Positions 1 to 10,368 are shown, numbered from the stretch's first letter. The stretch is 64,000 nt of DNA from Bdellovibrio sp. (GCA_036677065.1 JAKFBS010000001.1:256001-320000), one strand, 5' to 3'. The notes: generated by a model from the sequence alone, not told the origin. Made by a program: numbers and translations.

Positions 1-2
1 TC

Positions 3-152
3 GCGCGCGTGTATCGACACGGTCGCATGGTTAAATCTTTTGAAGTGCCTTATGAAAAACTAACTGCTCCGCTGACTGATAAAACTCGCAATGGCTATGC
101 TCAACAATTACATCAAAAAGTAATCGACTGGGTTCATGAGGGCGGATTATAA
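3..152 (+). CDS. 3' end of a CDS truncated by the window edge (ARVYRHGRMVK...VHEGGL*), unknown product
   Basis: Open frame from position 3 to TAA at 150-152, 1 nt before the ftsE ATG. Confidence 0.5.
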   Translation, partial: ARVYRHGRMVKSFEVPYEKLTAPLTDKTRNGYAQQLHQKVIDWVHEGGL

Positions 153-153
153 A

Positions 154-825
154 ATGCCAATTTTAGAGCTAAGCCACGTTTATAAAACTTATCAAAACGA
201 TCGCCATGCTTTAAAAAATATTTCATTTGCGGCAAATGCCGGCGAATTTATTTTTTTAACCGGACATTCGGGCGCAGGTAAATCCACACTATTTAAAATT
301 TTATCGGCGCAAGAATCTGCCACCAGTGGTTCGGTTTCAGTCTTTGATAAGAATATGAAAGAGTACGATCACCGTAATATTCATGAATACCGCAGACAAA
401 TTGGCATAATTTTCCAGGATTTTAAATTAATTCCAGAAATCACCAATCGCGCTAATTTAGCCATTCCGTTAAATGTTTTAAATAAAAGCAAAAAAGAAAT
501 AGATGCTGAAATTCAGCAGATTACCGATCTTGTTGGAATCAAATCCTCGTATTTAGATGAATACCCTGAATCACTTTCAGGTGGCGAACAGCAAAAAATT
601 GCGGTAGCTCGCGCCATTATTCACAGACCGAAAATTATATTTGCTGATGAGCCCACCGGAAATTTAGATAAAGAAGCCAGTATTAATATATTAATGATTT
701 TAAAAGAGCTTACCAAATGGGAAACGACAGTTTTATTTGCCACGCATGATGAAAATCTGATGAGTAAGGTGCAGGGTAAAGTTATTCACCTTAAGGCTGG
801 CGAGATCGAGAGCACAACGTTATGA
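154..825 (+). CDS. ftsE: Cell division ATP-binding protein FtsE
   Basis: GHSGAGKST Walker A, LSGGEQQK signature, ADEPTGNLD, ATHD; upstream of ftsX-like and envC-like genes; ATG154 preferred over 136. Confidence 0.85.
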   Translation: MPILELSHVYKTYQNDRHALKNISFAANAGEFIFLTGHSGAGKSTLFKILSAQESATSGSVSVFDKNMKEYDHRNIHEYRRQIGIIFQDFKLIPEITNRANLAIPLNVLNKSKKEIDAEIQQITDLVGIKSSYLDEYPESLSGGEQQKIAVARAIIHRPKIIFADEPTGNLDKEASINILMILKELTKWETTVLFATHDENLMSKVQGKVIHLKAGEIESTTL

Positions 826-1655
826 AACATGTTTTTCATATTGTGATCGGACTTTTTTTTTCGTTATTGATTTCAGTTTTGGTGACTCAAAACAATATTA
901 ATTTATTCATGGGCGATGCTGATGACTTTAAAAAAGCGACGATCTATTTCAAACAAACTACTTTAGAGGCTGAAGCCGATAAGTTTGCTGCTGAAAAATT
1001 GCAAAACGCTGAAAAAGTTAAAAAAATCGGCAAAGAAACCGCTGTTCAAGATTTTAAAAATACGTTTGGTGATTTTTCTAAAAACTTATCTGAATTAGAA
1101 ACTTTAACTGACTTAGTGCCTTTATCATATGAAGTCGTCTTTGCCAGTCTTGATGACCGCAAACAATTTATCACAGCAGAAAGCAGCCATGAATTGGTTG
1201 ATGAAATTGTAGCTATTGATCAAGTGTTTTCGCGATATTCTTCATTACAAAAAAGTTTAGGCGCATTTACCTTTATTCTATTTGCCGTAAGTTTTTTAGT
1301 CTGTTCATTATTAACTTCGTTACTAATTAAAAATATGATTAATAACGATCAAAGACAGATCGAAATTTATGCGTTATTTGGCCAAAGTTATAGCGCCATT
1401 GTTAAAAAGTATTTTAAAAACCTATTAAGCTATTTTATCACCACTGCCGTTCTTAGTTTGGTCGTGGTTTTTGCGTTTTACACGATTTTTAAAGTAAAAT
1501 TACACGCAACTCCGGATTTACGTTTTATGAGTGATCGTTTAACGTTTTTAACTGTTTCTCAATTTTTAATTTTATTGTTCAGTTTCGCGGTTGCTTATTT
1601 TGGTGGGCTTTATTTCGTTTTAAAACGTTCAGTTTTAAAATCTTTTCAGCGGTAA
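822..1655 (+). CDS. ftsX: FtsX-like permease (divergent)
   Basis: One N-terminal TM, periplasmic domain, three C-terminal TMs; RQIEIYALFG resembles the FtsX motif; ATGA overlap with ftsE. Confidence 0.7.
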   Translation: MKHVFHIVIGLFFSLLISVLVTQNNINLFMGDADDFKKATIYFKQTTLEAEADKFAAEKLQNAEKVKKIGKETAVQDFKNTFGDFSKNLSELETLTDLVPLSYEVVFASLDDRKQFITAESSHELVDEIVAIDQVFSRYSSLQKSLGAFTFILFAVSFLVCSLLTSLLIKNMINNDQRQIEIYALFGQSYSAIVKKYFKNLLSYFITTAVLSLVVVFAFYTIFKVKLHATPDLRFMSDRLTFLTVSQFLILLFSFAVAYFGGLYFVLKRSVLKSFQR

Positions 1656-1656
1656 T

Positions 1657-2556
1657 ATGAAATTTCTGCTTATCTTTTTCATTACACTGTTTGTTCAAGC
1701 AGCTCCAGAAAAAAGTCTGGAACAAAATGTACTACAAATAGAAAAAGATATTGCAGAGGCTTATGCAAAGATTTCGGTAAACAACCAATCTATTGCTATT
1801 GCCCAGAAACAAATCGCTGATATCAATTTAAATATCGAAGAAAAAAAGAAATATCTGGCTAAACGTATGCTGGCGCAAAAAAGTGTAAAATCAATGAGTT
1901 GGTTTTTAGCACTCGACACAAAAAACAAAGCGATATTGGATCGCAACTTAAAAATTTTTAAAAATATTAACTTGTCAGATATTACCGCGCTTCATGAATT
2001 TCGCCTGGCTTTAGATGAAGTTAAAAGCCAAGAGCAGTTTCTAGAAGGCGAAAATAAAAAACTCACTGAATTAACGAAATATTTGCAGGACCAAGAAGTT
2101 AAGCTTAAAAAAGCCGAACAAGAACAAATGGCGATGCTTGAAAAAATCAGTGCCATTGATCATTTGTTAAATTTCAAAGGCCAGCTGTCATTACCGGTGC
2201 GCGCGCCGATTTTGGAACGCTTTGGCAGTTCGCATGATCAAGACAATCAATACGCTTTGTTAGTCAAAGGCCTAGTCATCGACGGAAAAGATAAACAAGC
2301 CGTGTCTGCTTTCGGTCCAGGCAAAGTCATTTTTCGTGACCGTATTCCCTATTGGGGTGATTCTGTAATTATAAGTCACAAAGGTGGATACTATTCAGTC
2401 TACGCCGGAGTTGAAAATGCTGTTGTTAAAACTGATGAAGTGGTCACTAACGAACAAATCATCGCTCAAACCAACGGGCAAGAATTCTACTTCGAACTGA
2501 GACACTTAAATATCCCATTAAATCCTTTGAACTGGATTAGGAAAGACAATGACTAA
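1657..2556 (+). CDS. EnvC-like murein hydrolase activator (coiled coil + degenerate M23/LytM)
   Basis: Signal peptide, long coiled coil, M23 fold motifs (LPV..PI..RFG, HKGGYYSVYAG, FYFELR) lacking Zn-binding His residues; ftsEX context. Confidence 0.8.
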   Translation: MKFLLIFFITLFVQAAPEKSLEQNVLQIEKDIAEAYAKISVNNQSIAIAQKQIADINLNIEEKKKYLAKRMLAQKSVKSMSWFLALDTKNKAILDRNLKIFKNINLSDITALHEFRLALDEVKSQEQFLEGENKKLTELTKYLQDQEVKLKKAEQEQMAMLEKISAIDHLLNFKGQLSLPVRAPILERFGSSHDQDNQYALLVKGLVIDGKDKQAVSAFGPGKVIFRDRIPYWGDSVIISHKGGYYSVYAGVENAVVKTDEVVTNEQIIAQTNGQEFYFELRHLNIPLNPLNWIRKDND

Positions 2557-3889
2557 AAAAAATCTCTCTGCGGTATTAATTCTGTTATTTGTGGTTCTAA
2601 CTGCAAAACCAATGTGGTCTTGGGCTGAAGACAGATATACAGATTTGCAAAACTTTTCAAAAATCTTAAACTTAGTTCAGCAATACTATGTTGAACCAGT
2701 TGATACAAAAAAATTAGTGAATGGCGCGATCAAAGGTATGCTGCGTGAATTAGATCCGCACACGAATTACATGCCGCCAGATATTTTCAAAGATTTCGAA
2801 TCAGAAACAGCCGGCGAATTCGGCGGTCTTGGCATCGAGATTTCAATCCAAAACGGCGTGCTAACAATTATTTCTCCGATCGAAGATACGCCGGCATGGA
2901 AAGCCGGAATCAAACCAGGCGATAAAGTGATTGCGATCGATGGCAATTCAACAAAAGGTTTTTCATTAGTCGAAGCTTCAGCCTTATTAAAAGGTAAACG
3001 CGGCGACCCAGTTGTTTTATCAGTCGTGCGTGATAATTCAGATAAGGCCTTAGATATCACGGTAGTTCGTGGCCAAGTCAAAATTAAATCAGTTAAATCA
3101 ACGATGCTTGATGACGGTTATTTATACGTCAAAGTTACAAGTTTTATCGAAACTACGTCTAAAGAATTAGAAAAAGCTTTATCTGAATACAAATCATCAA
3201 ATAAAAAAATGGACGGTATCTTAATCGATTTAAGAAAAAATCCGGGTGGTTTATTAGATCAAGCGATCAAAGTGACTGACATGTTTTTAAAAGAAGGTGT
3301 GATCGTAAGTACTATCGCCCGCGATCCGAAAAATAAAGATGTAACGTACGCCAGTAAAAAAGCGCAATACGCGGATATCCCAATCGTTATTTTAATTAAT
3401 GAATACTCAGCAAGTGCCAGTGAAATTGTAGCCGGCGCCTTACAAGACAACAAACGCGCGATCATCGTGGGCGAAAGAAGTTTCGGCAAAGGTTCAGTAC
3501 AATCAGTTATTAAATTAGGTGATGGCAGCGGTTTAAAACTAACAGTAGCCAGATACTACACACCAAGTGGCGTATCGATTCAGGCAGAAGGCATCAAGCC
3601 TGATATCGAAATCGAAGACGTAAACGCAGAACTTTTCGCCAAAGCCTTAAGTGATAAAAAAGGTGTTCGTGAACAAGACATCACAGGCCACTTAATCGGC
3701 GACAAAGAAAAAAAGAAAACTGGCAAAAGCAAAATGGATAACAGCGCAGCAGCTTGGTGGAAAGACGTCGCCAGCAAGAAAGACTCTGATCTAACAGAGA
3801 AAGAAAAGCTGTTTAAAACTGATTATCAAGCGTACCAAGCGTATTCTTACTTGAGAGCTATTAAAACATTAAACTCGTTACAGAAGTAG
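2549..3889 (+). CDS. ctpA: Carboxy-terminal processing protease, S41A family, with PDZ domain
   Basis: GEFGGLGIEI, DLRKNPGGLL, SASASEIVAGALQD, SFGKGSVQ motifs. Confidence 0.92.
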   Translation: MTKKNLSAVLILLFVVLTAKPMWSWAEDRYTDLQNFSKILNLVQQYYVEPVDTKKLVNGAIKGMLRELDPHTNYMPPDIFKDFESETAGEFGGLGIEISIQNGVLTIISPIEDTPAWKAGIKPGDKVIAIDGNSTKGFSLVEASALLKGKRGDPVVLSVVRDNSDKALDITVVRGQVKIKSVKSTMLDDGYLYVKVTSFIETTSKELEKALSEYKSSNKKMDGILIDLRKNPGGLLDQAIKVTDMFLKEGVIVSTIARDPKNKDVTYASKKAQYADIPIVILINEYSASASEIVAGALQDNKRAIIVGERSFGKGSVQSVIKLGDGSGLKLTVARYYTPSGVSIQAEGIKPDIEIEDVNAELFAKALSDKKGVREQDITGHLIGDKEKKKTGKSKMDNSAAAWWKDVASKKDSDLTEKEKLFKTDYQAYQAYSYLRAIKTLNSLQK

Positions 3890-3910
3890 GCCGTCCCTTT
3901 TTCGGGAGCA
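3886..3910 (+). repeat. Intergenic repeat family A, copy 1
   Basis: GTAGGCCGTCCCTTTTTCGGGAGCA matches the reverse complement of 10388-10412 at 22/25 nt. Confidence 0.65.
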
Positions 3911-3927
3911 GTGCATTCTAAAAAACG

Positions 3928-3961
3928 AAAAAGGCTTGGGTTTAACACCAAGCCTTTTTTT
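3928..3961. terminator. Bidirectional intrinsic terminator between ctpA and tig
   Basis: AAAAAGGCTTGG-loop-CCAAGCCTTTTTT between convergent genes. Confidence 0.85.
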
Positions 3962-3983
3962 ATTTCTAAATTTTAAGAAGAAA

Positions 3984-5297
3984 CTAGTTTTGTTCTTCTT
4001 TTAATTCTTTCGCGTCTACTTCTTTAACTTTAGCTTTATCAGTTAAAAGCTTAATCACTTTTTCTTCAGTGATCATGTAAGTTAAGCGAGAAGCTTGTTC
4101 AGGTTTAGCGTACCACTCGCGGATGCGAGTTTCTTCTAAGCCAGTTTGTTTTGCGTATTCAGCGAATTTAGCTTCAAGGTCTTCTTTAGTGCAGATTAAT
4201 TTGTGCTCTGTTGCTAAAGCGTCGATTAAGAATGAAGACTGGATCATTTCGCCAGCTGTTTTTGCGAAGTCTGCATCCCATTTTTGTACATAAGATTCGA
4301 AATCACCTTCTTGCATACCTTGATCAGACATACGTTTTTTGAAATCTTCAATTAACGCTGCTTTTTGATCTTTAAGTAAAGAAGCCGGTACATCAACTGG
4401 ATTGGCTTCAACCATTTTTTTGATTAAACGGTTTTTGAAGTTATCTTCGATACGTTTTTTATCAGATTGTTCGATATCATCACGTAAAGTTTTTTTGAAT
4501 TCTTCAACAGTTTGTTTTGTGCCGATTTGAGCTAATAATTCTTCGTTGATTTCAGGTAATTCTTTTTTCTTAAGACCTTTTAATGTCACTTTGAAGTCTA
4601 CTGGCTTACCAGCGATTTCAGCAGAGTGGTATGGATCTGGAAATTTTAAGTTAACAGTTTTAGTTTGGCCGATTTTCATTCCAACGATAGCTTCTTCGAA
4701 ACCTTCGATGAATTGTTTTGAACCTAATTCTAGATTGTGATCAACGCCTACGCCATTTTCTAATGGGCCACCGTTAACGAAACCTTCGAAATCAACAACT
4801 GCAGTGTCACCCATTTGAGCCGGGCGATCTTCTAACACGTCTACGATTTTAGCGCGTGAACTGCGTACGTTATTTAAAACTTGTTCAAACTGAGCGTCAT
4901 TGAAAACGAATTTCTCTTTTTCAACTTCTAAGCCTTCCCATTTTTTGATTTTAACTTCTGGGCGAACTTCGATGATGGCCGTGAATGCGAAGTCTTTTTC
5001 TTCAGATGGATCTTCGAATTCGAACTCAGGGTAATTGATTGGGTCAATATTTGATTCTTTAAGAGCTTGTGGATAATGCGATTGGATAAGATCTTGCGCC
5101 ACATCACCAAGAACTTGAGTTTTGTACATAGATTTAATTGTGCTTAAAGGAGCTTTGCCTTTACGAAAGCCTTTAATTTGCACGCTACGCTGAATGCTTT
5201 GGTAAACTTTTTCAAACGCGTTAGTTACCACGGTTTGCGGAATCTCAACATTAATTTTTCTTTGTAAACCTTGAGTGATTTGAACTTGTGCTTTCAC
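3984..5297 (-). CDS. tig: Trigger factor
   Basis: GFRKGKAP ribosome-binding motif, FKBP domain (FIEGFEEAIVGMK), GTG start after AAGGAG. Confidence 0.95.
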   Translation of the reverse strand: MKAQVQITQGLQRKINVEIPQTVVTNAFEKVYQSIQRSVQIKGFRKGKAPLSTIKSMYKTQVLGDVAQDLIQSHYPQALKESNIDPINYPEFEFEDPSEEKDFAFTAIIEVRPEVKIKKWEGLEVEKEKFVFNDAQFEQVLNNVRSSRAKIVDVLEDRPAQMGDTAVVDFEGFVNGGPLENGVGVDHNLELGSKQFIEGFEEAIVGMKIGQTKTVNLKFPDPYHSAEIAGKPVDFKVTLKGLKKKELPEINEELLAQIGTKQTVEEFKKTLRDDIEQSDKKRIEDNFKNRLIKKMVEANPVDVPASLLKDQKAALIEDFKKRMSDQGMQEGDFESYVQKWDADFAKTAGEMIQSSFLIDALATEHKLICTKEDLEAKFAEYAKQTGLEETRIREWYAKPEQASRLTYMITEEKVIKLLTDKAKVKEVDAKELKEEQN

Positions 5298-5374
5298 TAC
5301 GACTCCTTTTAAACTTAACTCGTAATTCGTCTCTGATAATTGAACTTTGAATTTGGGAAATTAGAGTATTTAGT

Positions 5375-6238
5375 ATGCAAAAGCAACAAATACATTTTGT
5401 GACTGGTAAAGGGGGCGTAGGGAAGTCGTTTTTCGCTGCAGCTCTAGCTCAAAGTCTGGCTAAAAAGGCCAATTATTCACCTGAAAAAAATGGCCCCTCT
5501 AAGCCTATTTTGCTAGCAGAATTCAATGATCATAGCTTCTACCGCGAATACCTCGGTGATAAGCCCGTTTATTTCGATTTAGCTCAGTGGACAGGCGCCG
5601 AATGCCTTAAAGAATATGCTATTCACCTGCTAAAAATCGAATCGCTTTATAAACTTTTTTTTGGAAATCCAATATCAAAAGCCCTAATCGATGTATCACC
5701 GGGGCTGCTTGAACTAGCCATTTTAGGGCGGGCGACATCGTTTCAACGCAAACACGGGCCGCCTCTAAAATACAATCACATGGTGTTTGATGCCTTTGCG
5801 ACCGGCCATTTTTTAACCATGTTTCGTGCTCCTGGGGCCCTTGCAAAAATTATCCAGTTTGGACCTATGGGAGAACAAACTCGCTCGATCGATAAGTGGA
5901 TTCGCAACCCGGAGTTTTGTCACGTGCATTTAGTGTCGTTACCAGAAGAAATGCCTGCCACTGAAACGGCAGAACTTTACCACAGTCTAAAAAATGAATT
6001 TGGTTTAACGCCGAAAGTTTATTTAAATAAATATTTCTTCTTAAAAAAAGATGAATTAGCAAATGAACCCGAAAGCGTAAAAAAATATTTTACCAACATG
6101 TTAGAGCAGCAAGAACTGGCTGAAAAAATCTTTGCCGATCATAAAATTAAATATATTCCTGTGCCATTAATTCCTGAAATTGAAACTGATAAACTTCTGC
6201 ATGAAGCTTCTGAGTATTTATTAAAGGAAGTTTTATGA
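5375..6238 (+). CDS. ArsA/Get3-family ATPase, subunit 1
   Basis: VTGKGGVGKS Walker A, PGLLEL, FDAFATGH switch II, LPEEMPATE. Confidence 0.8.
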   Translation: MQKQQIHFVTGKGGVGKSFFAAALAQSLAKKANYSPEKNGPSKPILLAEFNDHSFYREYLGDKPVYFDLAQWTGAECLKEYAIHLLKIESLYKLFFGNPISKALIDVSPGLLELAILGRATSFQRKHGPPLKYNHMVFDAFATGHFLTMFRAPGALAKIIQFGPMGEQTRSIDKWIRNPEFCHVHLVSLPEEMPATETAELYHSLKNEFGLTPKVYLNKYFFLKKDELANEPESVKKYFTNMLEQQELAEKIFADHKIKYIPVPLIPEIETDKLLHEASEYLLKEVL

Positions 6239-7257
6239 TGAAGATTGCAAGCGCGACAAAAACAATTATCTGCATCGGCACAGGCGGCGTCGGTAAAACG
6301 ACAATGGCGGCTTCAATTGCTTCAGGTTTATCAGTGGACAAAAAAGTTTTAGTGTTAACCATTGATCCATCACTGCGATTAGCACAGGCGCTGGGAATCA
6401 AACCAGACGGCGAAGTGTATAAAGTTAAAAATAATCTTTATGCCTGCACGTTAAATCATGCAAAAGCGTTTCATGAATTTGTCTTAAAGGCCGCAAGTCA
6501 TTCAGCAACTCCAGAAGAAATTGAAAAATTATTACATAATAAATTGTATCAGCAGCTTTCAACCCAACTAAGTGGTTCGCAGGATTTTTCGGCGTTATTT
6601 AAATTAAATGAATTTGTACACTCTAAAGAATATGACATTGTAATTTTAGATACTCCGCCTGCACAACACACTTGGCATTTTTTGCATGCGCCAGAAAAAC
6701 TGGGTCAGCTATTTAATGAAGGCGTAGCGCAGTGGTTTCGTGATCCAGAACAAAAAGACACAAGCCTATTAAAAAGAATTTTAAACACAGGCACTACGCA
6801 AGTTCTAAAAGTTTTAGAAAATTTAACCGGTTCAGAATTTGTAAAAGAACTGGCGATATTTTTTCGCGCTATCCAGCGCTGGCAAACACCACTTGAAAAA
6901 CAAGTTTGGGATTGCCATAAGTTACTAACTGCAAAAAGCACAGAATTTATTTTAGTGACGGCTCTTGACCCTTCGCGAATTACTGAAGCTTTGCGTTTAA
7001 GTGCAGAAATTGAAAAACAGGGTTATAATTTAAAATCGATTATTATTAATCGTGTACCGGTTTGGATTACTGAAGAGTCGACTTTGGGGCCAGTGGTTCG
7101 TTATGTGAAATATTTAAAAGCTCTTGAAGCAAGGCTTCTTGGATCTAAGTCTAAGTTCGGTCCACATCTTAAGGTGTACAAATCCCATGAACTTAGTCAC
7201 AATCAATTGCATGTGGAAAATCTTAGCGATATCTATTACCGTATTGAGCCTATCTAG
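6235..7257 (+). CDS. ArsA/Get3-family ATPase, subunit 2
   Basis: GTGGVGKTT, TIDPSLRLAQALG, LDTPP motifs; ATGA overlap with upstream paralog. Confidence 0.85.
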   Translation: MMKIASATKTIICIGTGGVGKTTMAASIASGLSVDKKVLVLTIDPSLRLAQALGIKPDGEVYKVKNNLYACTLNHAKAFHEFVLKAASHSATPEEIEKLLHNKLYQQLSTQLSGSQDFSALFKLNEFVHSKEYDIVILDTPPAQHTWHFLHAPEKLGQLFNEGVAQWFRDPEQKDTSLLKRILNTGTTQVLKVLENLTGSEFVKELAIFFRAIQRWQTPLEKQVWDCHKLLTAKSTEFILVTALDPSRITEALRLSAEIEKQGYNLKSIIINRVPVWITEESTLGPVVRYVKYLKALEARLLGSKSKFGPHLKVYKSHELSHNQLHVENLSDIYYRIEPI

Positions 7258-7993
7258 CTGTTCGTTATTTGGCCGTTCAGAAACTAAAAAAGCATTGTTA
7301 ACCGATTTCGAACAAGGAAAGTATTTAGTTTCAATTTCTGAATACGAAAAAGCTGAGCCCTATTTACTTAAAACTGTAGTGCGTGAAGATGATAACTATG
7401 CCGAAGCTGTTTTAATGTTAGGTAAAATCTATGATCAGGTGGCCTTACCAGAACGTGCGATCTTGAATTTGCGCGATTTTTTACAGCGTGGACAGGGTTC
7501 GCAACTTGAAATCATGCAGGCCAAAGCGCTGTTAATTAAAAACCTAGCCAAAGTAAACGCTCCCATCGAAAATGCCGACGAAAAAAAATACATCTCGCGT
7601 ATCATGACGTCGAAATCTCAAGATTTGCGCTTGGCTTTAGAAAGCTTACGTTGGACCTTAGATTTTAACTGCGGCATCTATTGTGTCGAAGAAGTGAATT
7701 ATTTAAAAGAAATCCAAGTGCAACTTCTTTACGCTATTGAGACTGATCCGACGCTGTATAAGCGTGTGTTTGATATCCTAACCTCGCGATATGACTACTT
7801 TGAAACATTTTTAAAAGAGCCGGTGATGGATCTAGAATACCGAAAAAAAATCGGCCAAGCGCTTTACGAGGCTTTACAAAAGCTAAAAAGCTCACATCTT
7901 GAAAGCAGTACTTTGGGTTCGGTTAAAGCCGCAGAATTAATTTCCTATTTAGAAGCGTATCAAAAAAGAATTGAACGCTGGTTATACGAGTAA
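7211..7993 (+). CDS. TPR-like lipoprotein
   Basis: MWKILAISITVLSLSSC lipobox from ATG7211; helical TPR-like segments. Confidence 0.6.
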   Translation: MWKILAISITVLSLSSCSLFGRSETKKALLTDFEQGKYLVSISEYEKAEPYLLKTVVREDDNYAEAVLMLGKIYDQVALPERAILNLRDFLQRGQGSQLEIMQAKALLIKNLAKVNAPIENADEKKYISRIMTSKSQDLRLALESLRWTLDFNCGIYCVEEVNYLKEIQVQLLYAIETDPTLYKRVFDILTSRYDYFETFLKEPVMDLEYRKKIGQALYEALQKLKSSHLESSTLGSVKAAELISYLEAYQKRIERWLYE

Positions 7994-7996
7994 AAT

Positions 7997-9262
7997 ATGA
8001 CATACACAGGGGCGCAAGCTCACATTCACACGCAGATCTGTAACAACTATGATAAAGTTTCTAATTGGTTTAAAAAACAAACTTCGGTTTTAGATTATCC
8101 AATTTATTCAAGCTATGACATTCGCGATGCGGGTTACAAAGTAACTAACGTGGATGCGAATATTTATCCAGCGGGCTTTAACAACATCTGCCCTACGGAT
8201 AAAGAATCAGCCGTAGATTTATTTCAAAAATATATTCATATTCATTACGGCAAAAATGTTAAAAAAATTCTCTTAGTCACTGAAGAGCACACGGCTAATC
8301 CTTACTATTTAGAAAACGTAGCTACAATTTCTGAATTATTAGTGGCGGGTGGTTTTTTCGTGCAAGTGGCTTTTCCGAAAATGTTAGAGGCTCCCTTAGA
8401 ATTAACCAGTGTGACCGGAAAAAAAGTAATTGCTTATAGCGGTTATACGAATTCGGCTAGTTTTCAACAGTTTGCTCCAGACATTGTTATCAGTAATAAC
8501 GATTTTTCATTGGCCTTAAAAGAATGGGGTGATCAATTACAATTGCCTCTGAACCCACCCAGAGAACTTGGTTGGTACCAAAGACAAAAATCACGTTATT
8601 TTGAAAACTACAATTCACTGGTAAATACGTTCTCTGAATTAGCAGGTATTGATCCATTTTTAATGCGCGTTGAAACTGAATTATTTGAACATTTTGATAT
8701 TAACAGTGATGAAAGCCGTGACGCTTTAGCAGCTAAAGTAGATCAGTTCTTAGCTGGATTACAAAAAAAATATGACGAAGAAAAAATCGAACAAAAGCCA
8801 TTCTGCTTTGTAAAAAACAATGCCGGAACTTACGGCTTAGGTGTGATTAAAGTTTCTTCGGGCCAAGAAGTGAAAGAGTGGACTTATAAATCACGTAAAA
8901 AAATGAAAGCCGCAAAAGGCGGTCGTGATGTTGAACAAGTGATTATCCAAGAAGGAATTCCTTCCGTTGTGACTTCAGAACAAGCTTCAGCAGAACCAGT
9001 TATCTATATGGTTGGTTGTGAGCTGGCAGGTGGTTTTTTGCGTACTCATTCCGAGAAGTCGTCGACTGAAAGTTTGAATTCTCCGGGCGCCGTTTACAAA
9101 AAACTTTGTGTGACAGATCTCCTCGACAATCGTCAGGCTTGCCCGCAAGAAAACGTCTACGGTTGGTCAGCTAAACTTGGACTCCTCGCGATTGGTCTAG
9201 AAGCACAGCAGATGAAAGTCCAATTTAAAGGTTACCAAAAAGCAGAATGCGGATCGATATGA
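7997..9262 (+). CDS. gshA: Glutamate--cysteine ligase, GshA (ATP-grasp-like) family
   Basis: YSSYDIRDAGYK..VDANIYPAGFNN, EEHTANPYY, KNNAGTYGLG, IIQEGI, AEPVIY, SLNSPG. Confidence 0.85.
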   Translation: MTYTGAQAHIHTQICNNYDKVSNWFKKQTSVLDYPIYSSYDIRDAGYKVTNVDANIYPAGFNNICPTDKESAVDLFQKYIHIHYGKNVKKILLVTEEHTANPYYLENVATISELLVAGGFFVQVAFPKMLEAPLELTSVTGKKVIAYSGYTNSASFQQFAPDIVISNNDFSLALKEWGDQLQLPLNPPRELGWYQRQKSRYFENYNSLVNTFSELAGIDPFLMRVETELFEHFDINSDESRDALAAKVDQFLAGLQKKYDEEKIEQKPFCFVKNNAGTYGLGVIKVSSGQEVKEWTYKSRKKMKAAKGGRDVEQVIIQEGIPSVVTSEQASAEPVIYMVGCELAGGFLRTHSEKSSTESLNSPGAVYKKLCVTDLLDNRQACPQENVYGWSAKLGLLAIGLEAQQMKVQFKGYQKAECGSI

Positions 9263-9274
9263 TATTATTTATGT

Positions 9275-9880
9275 ATGGAGCAATTCGTACATAAATTTAA
9301 GTCAGTATTTTTATTTTTCCTGACCTTTACATTAGGATTCTCTTTATTTTACGGCTACTTTAATGAAAATTTCTCAGAGCGTGATCCTGCGGCGATCGGA
9401 AATAAAGTCCATCAGCTAAAAAACTTCGACCCAGAACAACTCAAAGAAGAGTTAGCACATAAAATTCAGGTGCAAAATCTTCCGGACGGTAAAAAGTATT
9501 TACGCTTTACCAGTCTGTCTTCAAATGTTTGCCGCCAATATCCAAAAGTGCAAATTCAGTTTTCTGCAGATGGCATTTCGGTAGCGGGCGAGCCACCAAT
9601 CATGACTATTGAAGCTGATTGTTTACCGGCGCAAGACCCAGTTGAAATGGCGTCGATTGAAATTCCTGTTGAAAAAATTTTGAAGCAAAAGCCAACAAAT
9701 GCGTCTTACAAATTTGACGGTTTAACTTCAACGTTCACGTTTTCTGGCTCAGGGGATGAGTGGCCAAAAACGTGGATATTACGTTCAGTAATTTTCAAAA
9801 ATCAAAACGGCAATTCAAAAATCGTCGCTTTCGAAAAAGCAGTCTCTAAAGATCACAGACCAACAATCTTAGAATTCTAA
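9275..9880 (+). CDS. Membrane-anchored hypothetical protein
   Basis: N-terminal TM followed by RDPAA; 201-aa ORF in operon orientation. Confidence 0.7.
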   Translation: MEQFVHKFKSVFLFFLTFTLGFSLFYGYFNENFSERDPAAIGNKVHQLKNFDPEQLKEELAHKIQVQNLPDGKKYLRFTSLSSNVCRQYPKVQIQFSADGISVAGEPPIMTIEADCLPAQDPVEMASIEIPVEKILKQKPTNASYKFDGLTSTFTFSGSGDEWPKTWILRSVIFKNQNGNSKIVAFEKAVSKDHRPTILEF

Positions 9881-9882
9881 AA

Positions 9883-9912
9883 GGTGCCAGGCCCTGTTTC
9901 TGGTTGCAGCGA
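9883..9912 (+). repeat. Intergenic repeat family B, copy 1
   Basis: GGTGCCAG-GCCCTGTTTCT also present on the minus strand at 35181-35226, there with a 14-nt insert. Confidence 0.5.
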
Positions 9913-9916
9913 ATCA

Positions 9917-10309
9917 ATGAATAAAGCTTTCGGTATAATCATTTTATTATCTCAAAGTTTAGCTTTAGCTGCGACACCCAATGAACAAGCGTGTGCAGAT
10001 AAAACTCAAAAACAAAACGAAATGCAGCTAATCTCTGCGAAGTTATCACGTAGTGAACAGCTCGGCATGAATACTGAAAAAGAAACGCAAGCTATGACAT
10101 TAGCTCAGCAAGAGCTAGAGCGCGCCGAAGAGGCTTGTCCGATGACAAAAGACGAAGCCTGCGCAGTTCGAGTTTTAAAAAAGAAACAATACGATGCTTT
10201 GATCGGAAATATTTCAAGAAATCCATTAATGGATATGGACCGCGCGCTTAAAAAATTAAAAGCCGTCTCTAAAGAATACAAGCACGCAAAATCAATCTGC
10301 CCGCAATAG
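9917..10309 (+). CDS. Small secreted protein with two Cys-bounded helical repeats
   Basis: Signal peptide from ATG9917; repeats E(Q)AC...ACP and EAC...ICP. Confidence 0.65.
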   Translation: MNKAFGIIILLSQSLALAATPNEQACADKTQKQNEMQLISAKLSRSEQLGMNTEKETQAMTLAQQELERAEEACPMTKDEACAVRVLKKKQYDALIGNISRNPLMDMDRALKKLKAVSKEYKHAKSICPQ

Positions 10310-10338
10310 GATTACATTGTAAACCGAAACACCGAGCG

Positions 10339-10368
10339 AAAAAAAAGGAGCCCGAAAGCTCCTTTTTT
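10339..10368. terminator. Bidirectional intrinsic terminator
   Basis: A8-GGAGC-CCGAAA-GCTCC-T6 between convergent genes. Confidence 0.85.

Noticed and set aside
5375..7257. Arsenic resistance operon
   Set aside because: No arsB/acr3, arsC, arsD or arsR nearby; single-domain tandem architecture.
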